From Bacteroidota bacterium (GTDB lineage: Bacteria; Bacteroidota; Bacteroidia; Chitinophagales; BACL12), in contig JAKQVC010000160.1 in NCBI GenBank assembly GCA_029571985.1, forward strand, positions 36,864-100,863: 64,000 bases of DNA, written 5' to 3'. Every line of letters starts with the position of its first letter. Within the stretch, counting starts at the first letter, position 1. The notes below the pieces were generated by a model that did no database searches, had not been told where the DNA came from, and was given only the letters and a program-made list of their open reading frames with translations. Of the stretch, positions 9,481-19,033 are shown one piece after another. The translations under genes were made by a program, and so were the position numbers.

Positions 9481-10824
9481 TTAATAGTTGCCTAATGCTT
9501 TGTTCAATGAAGTTTTTGTATTCAATACATTATACAGTGCGCTGATGTAACCGCCCTGTGCCTGATATAAAGTGCTTTCTGCGCTGTTGAGCTCTAAACT
9601 GGAACCCACACCTTCGCGATATTTAATCAATGCAGTATCATAAATTTTTTGTGCAAGTGCTATATTTTTTTCTTGCACAGTTAAATCGTTAACGGCATTT
9701 TGATAATCTGTTTTTGCTTTTTCTATTTCTAATAAAATACCCTGAGTAGCTGAATATTGATCTACTTTGGCTTTCTCTAAGGCCACTTCAGCTAATTGCA
9801 CATTGCTACGGCGCTGGGTGCCTGAAAATATCGGAATGCTCATCGTTACACCAACTAAACCAATATCAAACCACTGCTCATCGCCGTCGAAAAAGTTGAA
9901 TTCGTTGCGCTGCGCATTTTGAGTATACGAGCCGTAAGCCACTAACGAAGGTAGGTATGCTGCTTTGTTCACCTTCACATTTAATTCATTCAATGTTACC
10001 ATTGTTTGTAATATGCCAAACTCAGGTCTGTTTAAATAATTGGCGGCAGCAATGTTTACCTCATCCACCGGACCTAATGTGTCGGTTAATTCAATAGTCG
10101 TATTTAAATCCATACCCATATTGAACTTTAAGAAGTTTAAAGCCAATGTTGTTTGACGCTGTGCATTGGTTAGTTGACCTTCTAAGGTTAATTTGCTCAT
10201 TGTTAAACGATCAACATCAATCGATTCAACAAATCCTTGTTGGTTTAAAGCACTCACCTCAAATAATACTTTGTTGAGGTTGCTGATGTTTTCCTGTAAA
10301 ATGTCTTCAAAACGTTTTGCCACTAAAACACCATAATACGCAGATTCGATGTTTTTGCGCACATCACTAGTGGCCAGTTTTGATTGCTGCTGTACAAGCT
10401 CTGCATATTGTTTTGCAGCACTAACACCAACCAACCAAGCTCCATTAAATAATAATTGCGATGCCGAAATACTGGCTGAAACGTTTTGCTCAGTTCCGAA
10501 CTGTACCGGTACGAATGTGCCGGGCTCGCCTCCGAAAAATTCACCCGGAATTAATGATGTTGGGAGTTTTAAAAAATTCTGATAATCAATTTTTGCGTCA
10601 ATCTGCGGTAAGCCTGTAGCAATGCGGTTGTCAACAGTAATCTCCGCCGTGCGCACATTCAAACCCGCTGTTTGTACCTGCGGACTGTTCTTGAGGCCAT
10701 AATCAACTGCTTCCTGAAGCGACAAACTCGTGGTTTGCGCTATCCCTGAAAGCGGTATCATAACTGCGGCAATGAAGAACATTTTGAGTTTATATGCCAT
10801 GTTGTTCTGATTTGAGTTTTTCAA
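9481..10824 (-). CDS. TolC-family outer membrane efflux protein
   Basis: ~440 aa with two tandem alpha-helical/beta-barrel repeats and a signal peptide (FFIAAVMIPLSGIAQ). Alternative starts at 10800 or 10782 would reduce or remove the overlap with the TetR stop at 10790. Confidence 0.85.
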   Translation of the reverse strand: MKNSNQNNMAYKLKMFFIAAVMIPLSGIAQTTSLSLQEAVDYGLKNSPQVQTAGLNVRTAEITVDNRIATGLPQIDAKIDYQNFLKLPTSLIPGEFFGGEPGTFVPVQFGTEQNVSASISASQLLFNGAWLVGVSAAKQYAELVQQQSKLATSDVRKNIESAYYGVLVAKRFEDILQENISNLNKVLFEVSALNQQGFVESIDVDRLTMSKLTLEGQLTNAQRQTTLALNFLKFNMGMDLNTTIELTDTLGPVDEVNIAAANYLNRPEFGILQTMVTLNELNVKVNKAAYLPSLVAYGSYTQNAQRNEFNFFDGDEQWFDIGLVGVTMSIPIFSGTQRRSNVQLAEVALEKAKVDQYSATQGILLEIEKAKTDYQNAVNDLTVQEKNIALAQKIYDTALIKYREGVGSSLELNSAESTLYQAQGGYISALYNVLNTKTSLNKALGNY

Positions 10825-11464
10825 GATATTTAATGCCTTTATTGGTTGCTATGCCACGGATATGATAATCCATGAACACGTTAAAAGTTTTTTGTGGTGG
10901 AAATTGTTCATAAGGGAATATTTCATTATCAATAAACATTTCTACCCGTGCAATATAAATGCGCGCAATAATTTCAACGTCTAACTCTTCGCGGTATAAC
11001 CCCTCCGAAATACCTCTGCGTAAATTGTGCTTAATGCTGTTAATCACCTCATTGTTGCGGTGATCTACAAATACCTGCCAACTTTCGGGATGGTATTTCC
11101 GCAAATCATATACTAATGCCGGATTAATGTTTTTCGACATAGCATTCATCCAGGCAGCAATCGCAAACATTTCGTCGATGGCGGTTTTTGAATGTCTTAT
11201 GACCTGCTCTACCATATGGTTCTGACAGGCAAAATGGTTAGAAGTTACCTTGTGTATGAGCTGCTCCTTGTTTTCAAAATATTGATACAGGGTTTTTTTA
11301 CTCATACCTAACTCGCGGGCAACATCGTCCATGGTGACGCTCTTAATGCCATAGCGCATGAAAAGCTTCTCACAACGTTCTAATATTTTAGCTTCTTCGC
11401 TCATTTCGGGTGCAAAATTCTCTGAGGAAACCGAGGAAACCAAGAATTGTTTGAAAGTTTCCAT
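10790..11464 (-). CDS. TetR/AcrR-family transcriptional regulator
   Basis: N-terminal HTH GIKSVTMDDVARELGMSKKTLYQYFENKEQLI. It is the first gene of the efflux operon. Confidence 0.85.
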   Translation of the reverse strand: METFKQFLVSSVSSENFAPEMSEEAKILERCEKLFMRYGIKSVTMDDVARELGMSKKTLYQYFENKEQLIHKVTSNHFACQNHMVEQVIRHSKTAIDEMFAIAAWMNAMSKNINPALVYDLRKYHPESWQVFVDHRNNEVINSIKHNLRRGISEGLYREELDVEIIARIYIARVEMFIDNEIFPYEQFPPQKTFNVFMDYHIRGIATNKGIKYLEKLKSEQHGI

Positions 11465-11669
11465 AGTTTTTTTAAAAATTTAACATTTGGCGACCCGAAG
11501 GTAGTGCCCGGTTTCGGCTGAATGCCCCTAACCACGCCGAATCCGGCCATTTTGTCGATGAACGGGTAAAATTTATAGACCAAGATAATGACCAGGTGTG
11601 CGACTACTCAAATAGTCGAAATTGGGCAATAAGTTGCTAAACAAGGGCTAAAAGTGGGGTGTGGTAGGG

Positions 11670-12455
11670 CTAAAATTGCACCGTAAATCCGATGCTCGGC
11701 AGCACGAAGAACCCAAGTTGATACAGTGGCACAGCATTGCTGGTCCAAAATCCATAATCAATAGCAAGATGGTTGTAGGTAGTTCTACCAGTTAATTGTA
11801 TTGCATAATAATTTACCCCAAAGGCATAAACGTTTTCGTTCGATATATAAAACCGTTTGCCTAAACGTATTTGCTCTGCAATCGTCAACACCGGTAAAAA
11901 GGTAGGCGTTGATTCAATATATCCGGCACCAAGCCCAATAGTGCCATGAACATCCGGTGTGCCAAGCGTTATTAATCCGACCGCATAAGCTAAATCATCC
12001 TCAACTACATCATCCTCGCTGCCAAAAGCATGCACATAATTGACAGAAGCACCCGCATGCAAAAAAATGCTTCGTATCGGCGCTTGTGCTTTTATACGAA
12101 ATGAGGCATATGTTGGTCCATTAAACGTAAAATTAAAGGGTGTTATGCCGGATGAAATAGTGATGTAATCAGTTACAGCATAATTTAACCTGAAGTAACC
12201 GAGGTAATAATTATCTACCGATAAAGTATTCTTCTCCTGCATAAATGCGCTCGATGTAAACATATACTGATGCGCATATTTATTGGCCTCTCTCAAAAAA
12301 ATACTATCAAAGGCAACCGTCTTTCCATTTTCTGGAATGATATGGAAGCGAATATTTGTCGTGTCGTTGGTAATTGGGTGTGCGAAAGTGTCAGGTGCCG
12401 TAAGCATGTACAAACAAACCACACAAATTTGTAATAGGATGTTCTTGGAATTCAT
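11670..12455 (-). CDS. hypothetical outer-membrane beta-barrel protein
   Basis: Signal peptide, alternating hydrophobic strands and a C-terminal ...GFTVQF with terminal Phe. Confidence 0.5.
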   Translation of the reverse strand: MNSKNILLQICVVCLYMLTAPDTFAHPITNDTTNIRFHIIPENGKTVAFDSIFLREANKYAHQYMFTSSAFMQEKNTLSVDNYYLGYFRLNYAVTDYITISSGITPFNFTFNGPTYASFRIKAQAPIRSIFLHAGASVNYVHAFGSEDDVVEDDLAYAVGLITLGTPDVHGTIGLGAGYIESTPTFLPVLTIAEQIRLGKRFYISNENVYAFGVNYYAIQLTGRTTYNHLAIDYGFWTSNAVPLYQLGFFVLPSIGFTVQF

Positions 12456-12660
12456 GTCGTGTAGGGTTATATATAAAGATATGCATAATTGCGACCATCA
12501 TACTGGCAAAAAGTGCAAGTCATAAACCGGTGAGTTGCAATTTTCCGTAAATGCCTGAATTCAGGTTACGCTAGCGCGGATGATAAGCGTGTGGGCGCAT
12601 CAGTTCACCTTCGAGTCCCCATCCTCATTGCTAGAGCAGGGGCAAGCTTCGCACAGCTTT

Positions 12661-13836
12661 TCATGTGTGTCTGCTAATACGGGTAACCTTCCATGAACCA
12701 TCAGGTGTATCCGTTTCCAAGGCGACTACGCCCGGGCGCTTGCCTGCTTCAAAGCTGCCGAATCGATCTTGCATACCCAATGCTTTGGCGCCATAAAAGG
12801 TTGCCCATCGCAATAGGTCCTGTAATGCAATTTCAGGAAAAGCCCGGCGTATCGTTTGCAATTCTGCTGCTATGGATAATTGATGATTTGAGGCTAAACT
12901 ATCGGTGCCGATGGTGATATATTGCACTTCTTTTTGCAACATCGGAATATCCGGCAAACGATCTTCAATAAAGCGATTGGCATTCGGACACATGCACCAG
13001 AATAAATTTGGATGTATTTCTTCTGCCCATTCTGCATCCCATGATGTAGCAATTGTATTGTGCACTAACAGCGTGGGCACTTCCTTATGAAACCAGGGTA
13101 AAGTGGATGCTAAGGATGTTTTGCCTGTTGGTGTGAAAAATTGATCAAACGCAAGTCCCATCTCGCGATATAATTTTCGGAATAATCCGGTTGATTGCAC
13201 ATACAATTCATTTTCATCATTGCTTTCGAGCATGTGCACCGAAGTGGGTAAGCCATGTGTTGCGCAATAAGTTGTAATGGCTTCAACCAACGGTTCATTA
13301 ATACTATATGGAGCATGCGGTGCAAGACTTGCTTTCAGATTAAAACCATTTGCCTGGGCGAGCAATGCTTTTCCCTTTTCCATTAAGGAGGCAACGCGCG
13401 CCGGATCAAAAGCAAATAATTCAATAAAAGTGTGGTATGCAATTTTACTCTGAGCTTTTATCTGAAATGAATCGGCCACATTCGAAATATCACCTACCGC
13501 AACAATACCTTGTTGCCACATATAGGCATCGGCATCGCGCATAGCTTGTTGCACTTGCTCTGCCTCTGCATTGCGCTGTTGAATGACTAAAGATAAAAAT
13601 CCGGGCAACCCTGTTTTTTCAGGAAATACGTTTAGCAAATGCGATAATTCCAGATGACAATGCGCATTTACAAATCCTGGTAAAATATAACCGGCATGAT
13701 GCTCAATCAGCGCAGGATCAATTGCTGATGCCGGTAAAATGGCTTCAATGCGTTCATCATCCTGTAGAACCAATACATGGTCATCTACCGGTGAGGTATG
13801 CATTGGAAAAATACGATTGCCCTGCAAATAGCGCAT
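12661..13836 (-). CDS. amidohydrolase-superfamily deaminase/chlorohydrolase-like enzyme
   Basis: Metal-binding HxH motif in PGFVNAHCHLELSHL, plus later HAPYS and HMLES-type motifs typical of the cytosine/guanine-deaminase-like clade. Confidence 0.75.
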   Translation of the reverse strand: MRYLQGNRIFPMHTSPVDDHVLVLQDDERIEAILPASAIDPALIEHHAGYILPGFVNAHCHLELSHLLNVFPEKTGLPGFLSLVIQQRNAEAEQVQQAMRDADAYMWQQGIVAVGDISNVADSFQIKAQSKIAYHTFIELFAFDPARVASLMEKGKALLAQANGFNLKASLAPHAPYSINEPLVEAITTYCATHGLPTSVHMLESNDENELYVQSTGLFRKLYREMGLAFDQFFTPTGKTSLASTLPWFHKEVPTLLVHNTIATSWDAEWAEEIHPNLFWCMCPNANRFIEDRLPDIPMLQKEVQYITIGTDSLASNHQLSIAAELQTIRRAFPEIALQDLLRWATFYGAKALGMQDRFGSFEAGKRPGVVALETDTPDGSWKVTRISRHT

Positions 13837-13850
13837 GGCACAAATGTACT

Positions 13851-14501
13851 TTAATTTAGATGAAAGGTGATGCCGGCGCGAACGCCCACACCTTTTGTGT
13901 CGAGTGTTTGTGCAATATTAGAAAGGTCTTGCTGCGCACCATCAAGTGTGAGTTCCTTTAATTCAAAACCGTGATTGCTGTAATCCACCTGAAAAAATAA
14001 ACCGGCCACATCCAGGAAATACCAGTTAATACCGGTAAATAAACCGAGGTGCGGACTTGAATATTTATAACTTGCCTGTAATGTTGTAACCGGATCAATT
14101 CTGTTAATTAATAAATTGGTTAGTCCGGCCTGCGCACCAAAGTACCAGTTGATATGGTCTTTATTTAACGGATATAATCTGGCATCGAATGCAATGGTAT
14201 TAAAATTATTGCCATCAGCGCCAGTATCTGTGGTATCTTCTAAATAGGCTCCATAATTAAATTCAACGCCTGCGCTAAACCAGGAAGCAAAACTGTATTG
14301 CAAGCCAATATTAAACATATTGGTAACGGCACCACCTGTATCTGTATCGGTAGTAATACCAAATAGTTGTGTTTTTGTTAAGGTGCCATGGGCGGCAAAA
14401 TCGTATCCGATTTGAAAACCTAAAGTGCCATTGGTTAAAGATTGCGCGTGTAATTGCACACTGCACCAAAGTACCAGCACACTTATCCAGATCTTTTTCA
14501 T
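13851..14501 (-). CDS. outer-membrane beta-barrel (porin-family/OmpW-like) protein
   Basis: Signal peptide MKKIWISVLVLWCSVQLHAQ, then a Gly/aromatic-rich alternating strand pattern over 216 aa. Confidence 0.6.
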   Translation of the reverse strand: MKKIWISVLVLWCSVQLHAQSLTNGTLGFQIGYDFAAHGTLTKTQLFGITTDTDTGGAVTNMFNIGLQYSFASWFSAGVEFNYGAYLEDTTDTGADGNNFNTIAFDARLYPLNKDHINWYFGAQAGLTNLLINRIDPVTTLQASYKYSSPHLGLFTGINWYFLDVAGLFFQVDYSNHGFELKELTLDGAQQDLSNIAQTLDTKGVGVRAGITFHLN

Positions 14502-14606
14502 AACTGCTTGATTTGTTTGTAAAGGTACAACGACCCGTAAACAGGAATTCGTATTAGTCTACACGGCAGATTGTGGTTGCCGTAAAAATTGGACATGTGT
14601 GTCTGT

Positions 14607-15872
14607 TCAAAAAACGGAATACAATCCCCAATAAACAAAAGCCAGACAGGCGGTTAACCATAAAAGCATATTAAAACTATACAGGATGCGCCCACCGGGT
14701 CCAAAGGGCAATTTTTTTCTGATAATGAGCCAGCTGAAAAACAAGCCACTCAGGGCAATAACAAAAGGCATGTACGAAAGCGCGTTGAGCCAGCCTCTGT
14801 CGGCACGATAATAGGGCGCCGGAAAATAATAAGCTTCCTGTTCATTCATCAACACCATAACATAAATGCCTAAAAGTATATTCAGCGCTGCCAAGCTGAT
14901 TCTGAAATATTGTAAACGCGGCGCTGCGAGGTGCAATTGTCGAAACCATTGCGAAGCGATACCGGCACCTAATACAATAAATAAAACGAGTGCCGCTAAC
15001 AAGACAGGCAACAAAATCATGTGCGTGCGAGGTGTTACATAAGATTGCAAAACGGCAAATTCCGCATTCGGTGGAAATAATTCGGCCATCATTAAGGTGT
15101 GTTCACCTTTGGATAATTCGGCAATTAAATTAAATGTGTAGGCCTTGGTGAAATTATGATAAAAATAGACCTGCACATCCTTCGACTGCACATCATATAA
15201 CGTTGTATATAAAGTGCCATCACCTTTTCGCTCGCGGTGTTCGGACATAGCCTGCATTAAATCGCGGCTAAAGTCAAAACCAAATCCGCTGTGATTTTGC
15301 AAGAATTGATTTCCTCTGATATATGTTTCAGGAAAAGTTGTTTCGGGTTGTGTGCGACGTGCGTAAGAAAAATTCGACAGAATAAAATTTGGGTCGTCAC
15401 CCATCATCATGGTGTCGGCTTCCATCACCAGATATTTGCCTGTGGAATCGACAAATAACATCATGGACTGATCAAAAATATGTCGGTCGAATTGGATGGC
15501 ATAATCATACACCTGTTGCACGGAAGAACAGGTGTACATAATTTTTTTCAAAAAAGCAGTAAGGTCATGAGCAACCGGCTTGCCATTAGCAGGAGGGTTT
15601 GTTGGATACATAGTACATGCATCAAACACTAATCCGGCAGTATTCATACCACCCTGAGGAACCCGACTGCCATATCCAACAAAGCAGGCACCTAATTGAT
15701 TTGCTTTAGCGGGTTCAAACCAAATTTGTGGTGTGGTTTCCCAACTATCTTCATTATTGCCAACTATTGTATGTCCATCTTGTGTGATTTTACTCATGCT
15801 TGAAGCGAATACATCGCACAGGCTACCTAATAAAAGGAGTATGGCAAAATAATATCGTAGGAGGGAATGCAC
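14607..15872 (-). CDS. membrane-anchored protein with an N-terminal Ntn-hydrolase-like (C45/choloylglycine-hydrolase-like) domain
   Basis: Signal peptide ending ...GSLC, followed by ...QDGHTIVGNNEDSW, which resembles the C...DG....GRN.DW signature of Ntn hydrolases. The C-terminal ~150 aa contain about 4 hydrophobic helices. Confidence 0.45.
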   Translation of the reverse strand: MHSLLRYYFAILLLLGSLCDVFASSMSKITQDGHTIVGNNEDSWETTPQIWFEPAKANQLGACFVGYGSRVPQGGMNTAGLVFDACTMYPTNPPANGKPVAHDLTAFLKKIMYTCSSVQQVYDYAIQFDRHIFDQSMMLFVDSTGKYLVMEADTMMMGDDPNFILSNFSYARRTQPETTFPETYIRGNQFLQNHSGFGFDFSRDLMQAMSEHRERKGDGTLYTTLYDVQSKDVQVYFYHNFTKAYTFNLIAELSKGEHTLMMAELFPPNAEFAVLQSYVTPRTHMILLPVLLAALVLFIVLGAGIASQWFRQLHLAAPRLQYFRISLAALNILLGIYVMVLMNEQEAYYFPAPYYRADRGWLNALSYMPFVIALSGLFFSWLIIRKKLPFGPGGRILYSFNMLLWLTACLAFVYWGLYSVF

Positions 15873-15890
15873 GCGTTGTTTGTTTGGTAT

Positions 15891-16751
15891 TTAGTGGACA
15901 AATTTTAAATTGGCTGAAACCGGAAAATGATCCGACAACCATGCTAACCCACCTTCACGTATTGCCAGGATATGTGATTGTGCTATCGTTTTAAAATGAT
16001 AGACAAAAATATAATCTATTCGTGGGCTTTCCAGTGCTTCGAGCATGGCAAATCCATTAAAGGTGATTTCCGGTCCTGTTGGATCATAATAGGAAATTAA
16101 TCGGGTGTCCTCAAAAACCTTCGATTCTGTCATCATCTGATAGGGTTTATCATCCGGTGTGCTATTGAAATCGCCCATAATAATCATCGGATAATTAAAT
16201 TCCGGATTTAATTCCGATGCATAATAAACAATTATTCGTGTCGACCATTCTCTTGCCAATGCGCCTACATGGTCGAAATGTGTATTAAACACCCAAAACG
16301 TATCTTGTTGACCAAGAGTAAAAAATTGAGCCGCTGTGCAAATTCTGGGTAGTGCTGCATCCCATCCGGTTGAAGGTTTTTCAGGTGTCATCGACAACCA
16401 GAACGTGGTGTCCTGAATTAAAGTGACTTTAGAGGTGTCATAAAAGATGGCGCTATATTCACCGGCTTGCTTCCCATCATCGCGACCAACACCCACATAT
16501 GCATATTGTGTAAGTGCGCTGTCCAGAAATTGCACCTGATGAAATAATCCTTCCTGTATACCTAATACGGCGGGTTGCCACATGTTGATTGAAGCTACCA
16601 TATCCGCTTTGCGCAGATGCCAGTTATTTTCTCCATCTGCCGGATTATCGTAGCGTATATTAAACGTCATTACCTGCAGTGTAGAATCCTGTGCCTGAAG
16701 TGTACATGCCAATGCGAAGCAAAATAAACCGGTGAGTGTTTGCCGGAGCAT
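15891..16751 (-). CDS. endonuclease/exonuclease/phosphatase (EEP) family protein, secreted
   Basis: VMTFNIRYDNPADGENNW, GIQEG, GDFNS and SDHFPV motifs. The start at 16751 (MLRQTLTGLFCFALACTLQAQ) gives a signal peptide, whereas the track start is 16790. Confidence 0.8.
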   Translation of the reverse strand: MLRQTLTGLFCFALACTLQAQDSTLQVMTFNIRYDNPADGENNWHLRKADMVASINMWQPAVLGIQEGLFHQVQFLDSALTQYAYVGVGRDDGKQAGEYSAIFYDTSKVTLIQDTTFWLSMTPEKPSTGWDAALPRICTAAQFFTLGQQDTFWVFNTHFDHVGALAREWSTRIIVYYASELNPEFNYPMIIMGDFNSTPDDKPYQMMTESKVFEDTRLISYYDPTGPEITFNGFAMLEALESPRIDYIFVYHFKTIAQSHILAIREGGLAWLSDHFPVSANLKFVH

Positions 16752-16790
16752 GGGTAAATTTACAAAATAGGTAACAGCCGCCAACACCAT

Positions 16791-17951
16791 TTAATAAGCA
16801 ATAACCTGCTCTTCTATATTGGCGGGAATTTCGCGGTCTTCATATTGTTGATTGCGCAGTTGCGGCGTAAATCCGGCTTCACGAATGGCATCCTGCATCG
16901 ATTTATAGGTAAAACGATGCGGAGCACCGGCAGCACTCACAACATTTTCTTCAATCATGATACTGCCAAAATCATTCGCACCTGCATGTAAACACATTTG
17001 AGCAACTTTTTTACCTACAGTAAGCCAACTCGCCTGAATGTTTTCAATGTTCGGTAAAAAGATTCTGCTCATGGCAATGATGCGGATATATTCATCCGGC
17101 GTGGTATCATTTTTGGCCCTGCGAATTTTACGTAGGGTAGTGCCTTCATCCTGGAAGGTCCACGGAATAAAAGCAATAAATCCTTTTGCATCAGCAGGTT
17201 TTTCACTTTGTACCTGACGAATCTTTTCCAGATGTAAAAAACGCTCTTCAATGGTTTCGATATGACCAAACATCATCGTTGCACTTGTGGTAAGTCCGAG
17301 CTGATGTGCGGCGCGCATGACATTGAGCCATTCATCGCTCAAACATTTACCGGTGCTGATAATTTTACGCACGCGGTCAATTAATATTTCAGCACCTGCG
17401 CCAGGTAAACTATCTAAACCGGCTTTCATTAATTCAGATAATACATACGTATAACTATAGCCACCCAATGTGGCAATATGATGAATTTCAGGAGGACCGA
17501 GTGCATGTAATTTTACATTGGGAAACATTTCTTTTATACCGCGGAAAATACCGGTATAAAAATCAAGTCCAAGTTCAGGGTGATGTCCGCCTTGCAATAG
17601 AAGTTGTTCGCCACCATACCGGATGGTTTCTGCAATTTTCACCTTATATGTTTCCATATCAGTGATATATCCTTCCGGATGACCGGGCACCCGATAAAAA
17701 TTGCAAAACTTACAATTAGCTACACAAATATTGGTCGTATTCAGATTGCGATCAATAATCCAGGTTACTTTATTACCTGGCTTTTTGCGTTTGCGTAAGG
17801 TATCGGCCACTTGCATAAGCGCCGCTGTCGGGGCATGTTCGAACAGGAACATACCTTCTTCAACCGTTAAAAATTCTTCGCGAAGCGCCTTTTCATATAA
17901 TGCGGCAAGTTGCATGTAAGCAGAACACGGTTTTGACCGTTTCGTTCGCAA
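16791..17951 (-). CDS. radical SAM menaquinone (futalosine-pathway) enzyme, MqnC/MqnE (CofH-like) family
   Basis: CxxxCxxC cluster CVANCKFCNF, followed by LLLQGGHHP and GFIAFIPWTFQ motifs typical of the MqnC/MqnE/CofH clade. I cannot separate MqnC from MqnE by eye. Confidence 0.8.
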   Translation of the reverse strand: MRTKRSKPCSAYMQLAALYEKALREEFLTVEEGMFLFEHAPTAALMQVADTLRKRKKPGNKVTWIIDRNLNTTNICVANCKFCNFYRVPGHPEGYITDMETYKVKIAETIRYGGEQLLLQGGHHPELGLDFYTGIFRGIKEMFPNVKLHALGPPEIHHIATLGGYSYTYVLSELMKAGLDSLPGAGAEILIDRVRKIISTGKCLSDEWLNVMRAAHQLGLTTSATMMFGHIETIEERFLHLEKIRQVQSEKPADAKGFIAFIPWTFQDEGTTLRKIRRAKNDTTPDEYIRIIAMSRIFLPNIENIQASWLTVGKKVAQMCLHAGANDFGSIMIEENVVSAAGAPHRFTYKSMQDAIREAGFTPQLRNQQYEDREIPANIEEQVIAY

Positions 17952-17993
17952 AGATACACCTGTTGTTTGATTTACGGTGCAATAAATATATCC

Positions 17994-18944
17994 TCAGATA
18001 TCCCAACGCATAACCACTTTACCTCGGGTGCGCATGGCTTCCAGACCGGCTACGGCGGCGGGTATTTCGGTATAGCTGTAGGTTTTTTGTATATGTGGGG
18101 CTATTTTGCCGGAAGCTACCAGCTCAGCCAGTGTGTTCAGGTCTTGTGTGTTTGCAGCGGCAGTGAATTGGGCTAAAGGGTATCCCTTCATCATACGCAT
18201 GATTAAAACACGCATCATATGTCCCATGGTGGTAAATCCGGTCATAACACCTCGTTTACCCATACGCATATAATCACTGAGATTTAAATTGCCATGTGTA
18301 TCTATGACCAAATCGAAAGAACCCTTGTATTGATGAATATCGGTGGTGTCATACGTGATAACCACATCGGCACCTAAAGATTTGACAAAATCAGCATTGT
18401 TTTGCGAACATATACCCGTTACATGTGCACCATATGCTTTTGCAATTTGAACTGCAAAATGCCCAACGCCACCGCTTGCGCCATTGATACAAACCTGTTC
18501 TCCAGACTGTAATTTTCCATGTGTAAGCAAAGCCTGATAAGCAGTTAATGCTGCAACGGGTAATGCAGCCATAATTTCAGGTGCAATGCCGGTTGGAATA
18601 TGGGCGCAGGCACTTTCCGGAATGAGAATATATTCGGCAAAGGCACCTCCAACCAGCGATTCTCCAAAAACTGCATCACCGGGTTTTATGTTGTGCACCT
18701 GCTGTCCAACAGCTTCCACCACTCCTGAAAAATCAACGCCTACTATTGGATTTTTGGGTTTAAATAAACCTAACACGAATCTGGAAAAAATAGGTGCACC
18801 TCTGCAAATATGCCAGTCGGCAGGATTCGCCGAATTAGCCAGCACTTTCACCAATACAAAACCATCCTGCACATCAGGTTTTTCTATTTCCGTTAATTGC
18901 ATCTTATCCGGAGCGCAATATTGTTTGCGGGTGAAAGCTTTCAT
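17994..18944 (-). CDS. NAD(P)H:quinone oxidoreductase / zinc-type alcohol dehydrogenase-like (MDR family)
   Basis: GESLVGGAFAEY and INGASGGVGHFAVQIAK (Rossmann) motifs. The start at 18944 (MKAFTRKQY) is preferred over the track start at 19067, which would overlap the upstream gene. Confidence 0.85.
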   Translation of the reverse strand: MKAFTRKQYCAPDKMQLTEIEKPDVQDGFVLVKVLANSANPADWHICRGAPIFSRFVLGLFKPKNPIVGVDFSGVVEAVGQQVHNIKPGDAVFGESLVGGAFAEYILIPESACAHIPTGIAPEIMAALPVAALTAYQALLTHGKLQSGEQVCINGASGGVGHFAVQIAKAYGAHVTGICSQNNADFVKSLGADVVITYDTTDIHQYKGSFDLVIDTHGNLNLSDYMRMGKRGVMTGFTTMGHMMRVLIMRMMKGYPLAQFTAAANTQDLNTLAELVASGKIAPHIQKTYSYTEIPAAVAGLEAMRTRGKVVMRWDI

Positions 18945-19033
18945 TTTATTATTTTTTGCAAAATCAAATTGTATGTATCTGCGCACATCTGCGAAAATCT
19001 GCGGGACAAAAAAACACGAACAAGTTTCTGAAA

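Noticed and set aside
12600-12640. tRNA-like T-loop motif (ccttcgagtcccc) in the intergenic region after the amidohydrolase gene
   Set aside because: The flanking bases (tcacc / cccca) cannot form the 5-bp T stem, and I could not fold an acceptor stem or anticodon arm around it on either strand. It is probably a chance match.
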